Shown: one piece after another, positions 56,566 through 58,045 of the stretch | How the letters are laid out: every line of letters begins with the position of its first letter | Numbering within the stretch: the stretch's first letter is position 1 | Source: Candidatus Krumholzibacteriia bacterium | GTDB lineage: Bacteria; Krumholzibacteriota; Krumholzibacteriia; LZORAL124-64-63 | Reading direction: 5' to 3' | Assembly (NCBI GenBank): GCA_046484865.1 | Contig: JAWOID010000132.1 | Location: 1 to 58,045 of the forward strand | DNA length: 58,045 bases | The notes under the pieces: model-generated | What the model was told of the DNA's origin: nothing | Seen by the model: only the letters and a program-made list of their open reading frames with translations | The model's database searches: none | Position numbers and translations under genes: made by a program

Positions 56566-58045
56566 ATGAAGATCTGTCAGTTGCAGCATGCCGCGAGCCT
56601 GCTCGCCGGTGCCGTGCTCGTGGTCTTCGGGTGCAGCGTCGGCCTGGGCGTCGGTGGCTGCGGCGAGCCGATCCGCGACGACGCCGAGTACACCCTCGGC
56701 GAGATCGCGGCGGCCGAGGCGATGGCAGCGGTGACCTTCACCGACGCCGAGCGCAATCTCATGCACGACGATCTGGTCGAGCAGCGCGCCGCCTTCCTCG
56801 AGCTGCGCGCCGACCTGCCGGACAACAGCGTGCCGCCGGCCATGATCTTCCAGCCGCTGGCGCACCGGCCGGCCACCACCGCGGCGCAGCGAGCGGAGGT
56901 GGCCGGCCGCCACCCGCCGGAGTGGAGCCCGCCGGTAAGGGTGCGACGGCCCGCCGACCTCGAGGAACTCGCCTTCGCGACCGTCGGCGAGCTGAGCGCC
57001 TTGCTCCGGGCCGGCGAGGTGACCTCGGTGGAATTGACCGGGCTGTTCCTGGACCGCCTGCGCCGGCACGGTCCCCGGCTCGAGTGCGTGATCACTCTCA
57101 CCGAGGAACGAGCGCTGGAGCACGCGCGGCGGGCCGACCGGGAACTGGCTGCGGGCCGCTGGCGAGGTCCGCTGCACGGCATTCCCTACGGTGCCAAGGA
57201 TCTGCTGGCGGTTGCAGGCTATCCCACCACCTGGGGGGCCATGCCCTACCGCGACCAGGTCCGCGACGAGACCGCGACGGTGGTCGAGCGTCTGGACGCG
57301 GCCGGCGCCGTTCTCGTGGCCAAGCTCACCCTGGGCGCCCTCGCGTGGGGCGACGTGTGGTTCGGAGGAACGACCCGCAACCCGTGGCACCCGGAGCAGG
57401 GTTCCAGCGGCTCTTCCGCCGGGTCGGCCGCCGCCGTGGCGGCCGGGCTGGTTCCGTTCGCCATCGGCACCGAGACATGGGGTTCCATCGTCTCGCCTTC
57501 CACCCGCTGCGGAGTCACCGGGCTGCGCCCGACCTTCGGCCGCGTCAGTCGCGCCGGCGCCATGGCGTTGAGCTGGAGCATGGACAAGATCGGCCCCCTG
57601 GCGCGCTCGGTGGAAGATTGTGCGTTCGTCCTGGACGCGATCCGCGGTCCGGACGGCCGCGATCCCACCGTCGTGGACGCACCGTTCCCGTACCGAGCCG
57701 ACCTGGACGTGAGACAGCTCCGCGTGGGCTATCTGGCCGGGTTGTTCGGCGAGGACCGGGAAAAGGCGGCTCGTCTTGCCGCCGCGGCCGGTGACGCAGC
57801 GGGCGGCGGCGAGGGTAGCGGCGGCGAGGGTAGCGGCGGCGATGATGTGAGCAACGAGGGTGACAGCGGCCAGGTTGCTGCTTCCGGTGCCACCGCCGCG
57901 GACGAGCGCCCGGGTCTGGCTCTCGAGCGGGCCGCACTCGACGTGCTGCGCGGGCTCGGCGTCCGTCTGATACCGATCGAGCTGCCTTCCCGCGAACCGG
58001 ATCGCCTGGCGTTCGTGCTCTCGGTGGAGGCCGCTGCCGCCTTCC
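56566..58045 (+). CDS. Amidase-signature family protein, probably exported; 3'-truncated by the window end
   Basis: Frame 1 is open to the window end, with GPLHGIPYGAKDL, GSSGSSAGS and GTETWGSIVSP. Hydrophobic N-terminus with VGGC. Confidence 0.88.
   Translation, partial: MKICQLQHAASLLAGAVLVVFGCSVGLGVGGCGEPIRDDAEYTLGEIAAAEAMAAVTFTDAERNLMHDDLVEQRAAFLELRADLPDNSVPPAMIFQPLAHRPATTAAQRAEVAGRHPPEWSPPVRVRRPADLEELAFATVGELSALLRAGEVTSVELTGLFLDRLRRHGPRLECVITLTEERALEHARRADRELAAGRWRGPLHGIPYGAKDLLAVAGYPTTWGAMPYRDQVRDETATVVERLDAAGAVLVAKLTLGALAWGDVWFGGTTRNPWHPEQGSSGSSAGSAAAVAAGLVPFAIGTETWGSIVSPSTRCGVTGLRPTFGRVSRAGAMALSWSMDKIGPLARSVEDCAFVLDAIRGPDGRDPTVVDAPFPYRADLDVRQLRVGYLAGLFGEDREKAARLAAAAGDAAGGGEGSGGEGSGGDDVSNEGDSGQVAASGATAADERPGLALERAALDVLRGLGVRLIPIELPSREPDRLAFVLSVEAAAAF

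Overview
High-GC bacterial window of about 43 genes. It is probably from an FCB-group candidate phylum (Krumholzibacteriota/Latescibacterota/Eisenbacteria-like), inferred from the 'xPNPFNP..WxGxD..GxY' FlgD-Ig/T9SS-like C-terminal domains and the short 'W-G/S-x-V-K/R-x-L-F-R' tails on secreted proteins. The first ~33 kb are mostly housekeeping: a coxI-III fusion, ctaA/ctaB, MscS, an acyl-CoA ligase, a znuABC-type transporter, a fungal-type fused homoaconitase, a PPi-type Pfk, PfpI, PrpD, HD-GYP and an RRM protein. Positions 33.6-51.9 kb hold a self-contained beta-1,3-glucan utilisation locus: two GH16-type enzymes, GH17, GH1, a GH149-like phosphorylase, a GPH/MFS transporter, a ROK repressor, a glycan-binding lipoprotein and a clan GH-A enzyme fused to a putative outer-membrane barrel. 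It has no SusC/SusD, and I found five copies of a 25-bp palindromic operator in its promoter regions. Two near-identical secreted paralogues in the locus end in different C-terminal tails, which suggests the short W..LFR tail is an uncharacterised sorting signal. The window ends with paoABC-like genes and a truncated amidase. The first ~150 bp look like a chimeric contig end. I saw no tRNA, rRNA, CRISPR array or IS element. All calls are by eye, with no database searches.
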